The notes beneath the pieces were generated by a model. The model was not told where the DNA came from and ran no database searches. It saw nothing but the letters and a program-made list of their open reading frames with translations. Both the position numbers and the translations under genes were made by a program. A DNA stretch of 64,000 bases, taken from IMG/VR virus record IMGVR_UViG_3300021964_000014; one strand, 5' to 3'. Position 1 is the first letter of the stretch, and every line of letters begins with the position of its first letter. Below are positions 63,527 to 64,000 of this stretch, piece after piece. The stretch comes from a virus.

Positions 63527-64000
63527 TTATGCGTTAATAACGTAATCTCTGTACTGCCATAGAAGACAATCAATATTACTCATTCTTACTTTTTCAAATA
63601 CTCTAGGAGTCTCGTTATAAGTAGTAATTTCAATATCAGCAGATTTTCCAGAAGAAGTTTTTGAAACAATCTTAGCAGAAGTAATACCTCTCAAAGTCCA
63701 ATCCCATCTAAGATCGATAGAACCTTTCTGTTTTTTATCGAATACTAAACCTTCACCTTCTAATAAACTTTTAGCAAGATCTAAAAAAGTTTGATTCTTT
63801 TCATCTTTAAGTTTATGAATATCACCTTCACAGGCCCATTTAGCTTTTTGAGCAATACTATATTCTTCACTAAATGAATCTTTATAGCTATTAAATTTAG
63901 CTATAATATCATCTCCATGGTCTAATAATACTTTAGCAACTTCACCAGCAGTAAATAATCTTTCTAGTTCCCACTGAGAGTTATCATTAGTAGAGTACAT
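63527..64000 (-). CDS. Hypothetical protein (may extend beyond the window)
   Basis: ORF open to the window edge. Confidence 0.6.
   Translation of the reverse strand: MYSTNDNSQWELERLFTAGEVAKVLLDHGDDIIAKFNSYKDSFSEEYSIAQKAKWACEGDIHKLKDEKNQTFLDLAKSLLEGEGLVFDKKQKGSIDLRWDWTLRGITSAKIVSKTSSGKSADIEITTYNETPRVFEKVRMSNIDCLLWQYRDYVINA

Overview
64 kb segment of a large, AT-rich, T4-like (contractile-tailed) phage, almost entirely coded on the minus strand. A Bacteroidota host (probably Flavobacteriia) is indicated by 14 TTG-N20-TAnnTTnn promoters, a Bacteroidota-type bS21 gene, and BACON-like and DUF6150-like proteins. In the direction of transcription (right to left) the window holds: early/accessory cassettes with tRNA-Arg(UCU), a RadA-like ATPase, bS21, a cytidylyltransferase and a sulfotransferase; an HD protein and a gp55-like late sigma factor; baseplate genes (gp5-, gp25- and gp6-like); fibre genes including a 3191-aa fibre with Hint and Peptidase_S74 domains; candidate modifying enzymes; primase and a PD-(D/E)XK exonuclease; a block of probable head-packaged proteins; then large terminase and portal. 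The most interesting signals are: (1) a shared N-terminal M-x-KL-xx-(L/I)(L/I)-(x)-E tag plus string-of-beads proteins whose modules are joined by hydrophobic-x-Glu sites, suggesting protease-processed capsid-cargo polyproteins; (2) a phage bS21 lacking the ASD-sequestering Tyr54 together with an unannotated micro-ORF carrying a strong Shine-Dalgarno; (3) a [ST]-[GAS]-S motif enriched in virion proteins alongside candidate modifying enzymes; (4) a late promoter reading TATTTATA, the reverse complement of the T4 motif. All family assignments come from motif recognition by eye, not database searches.
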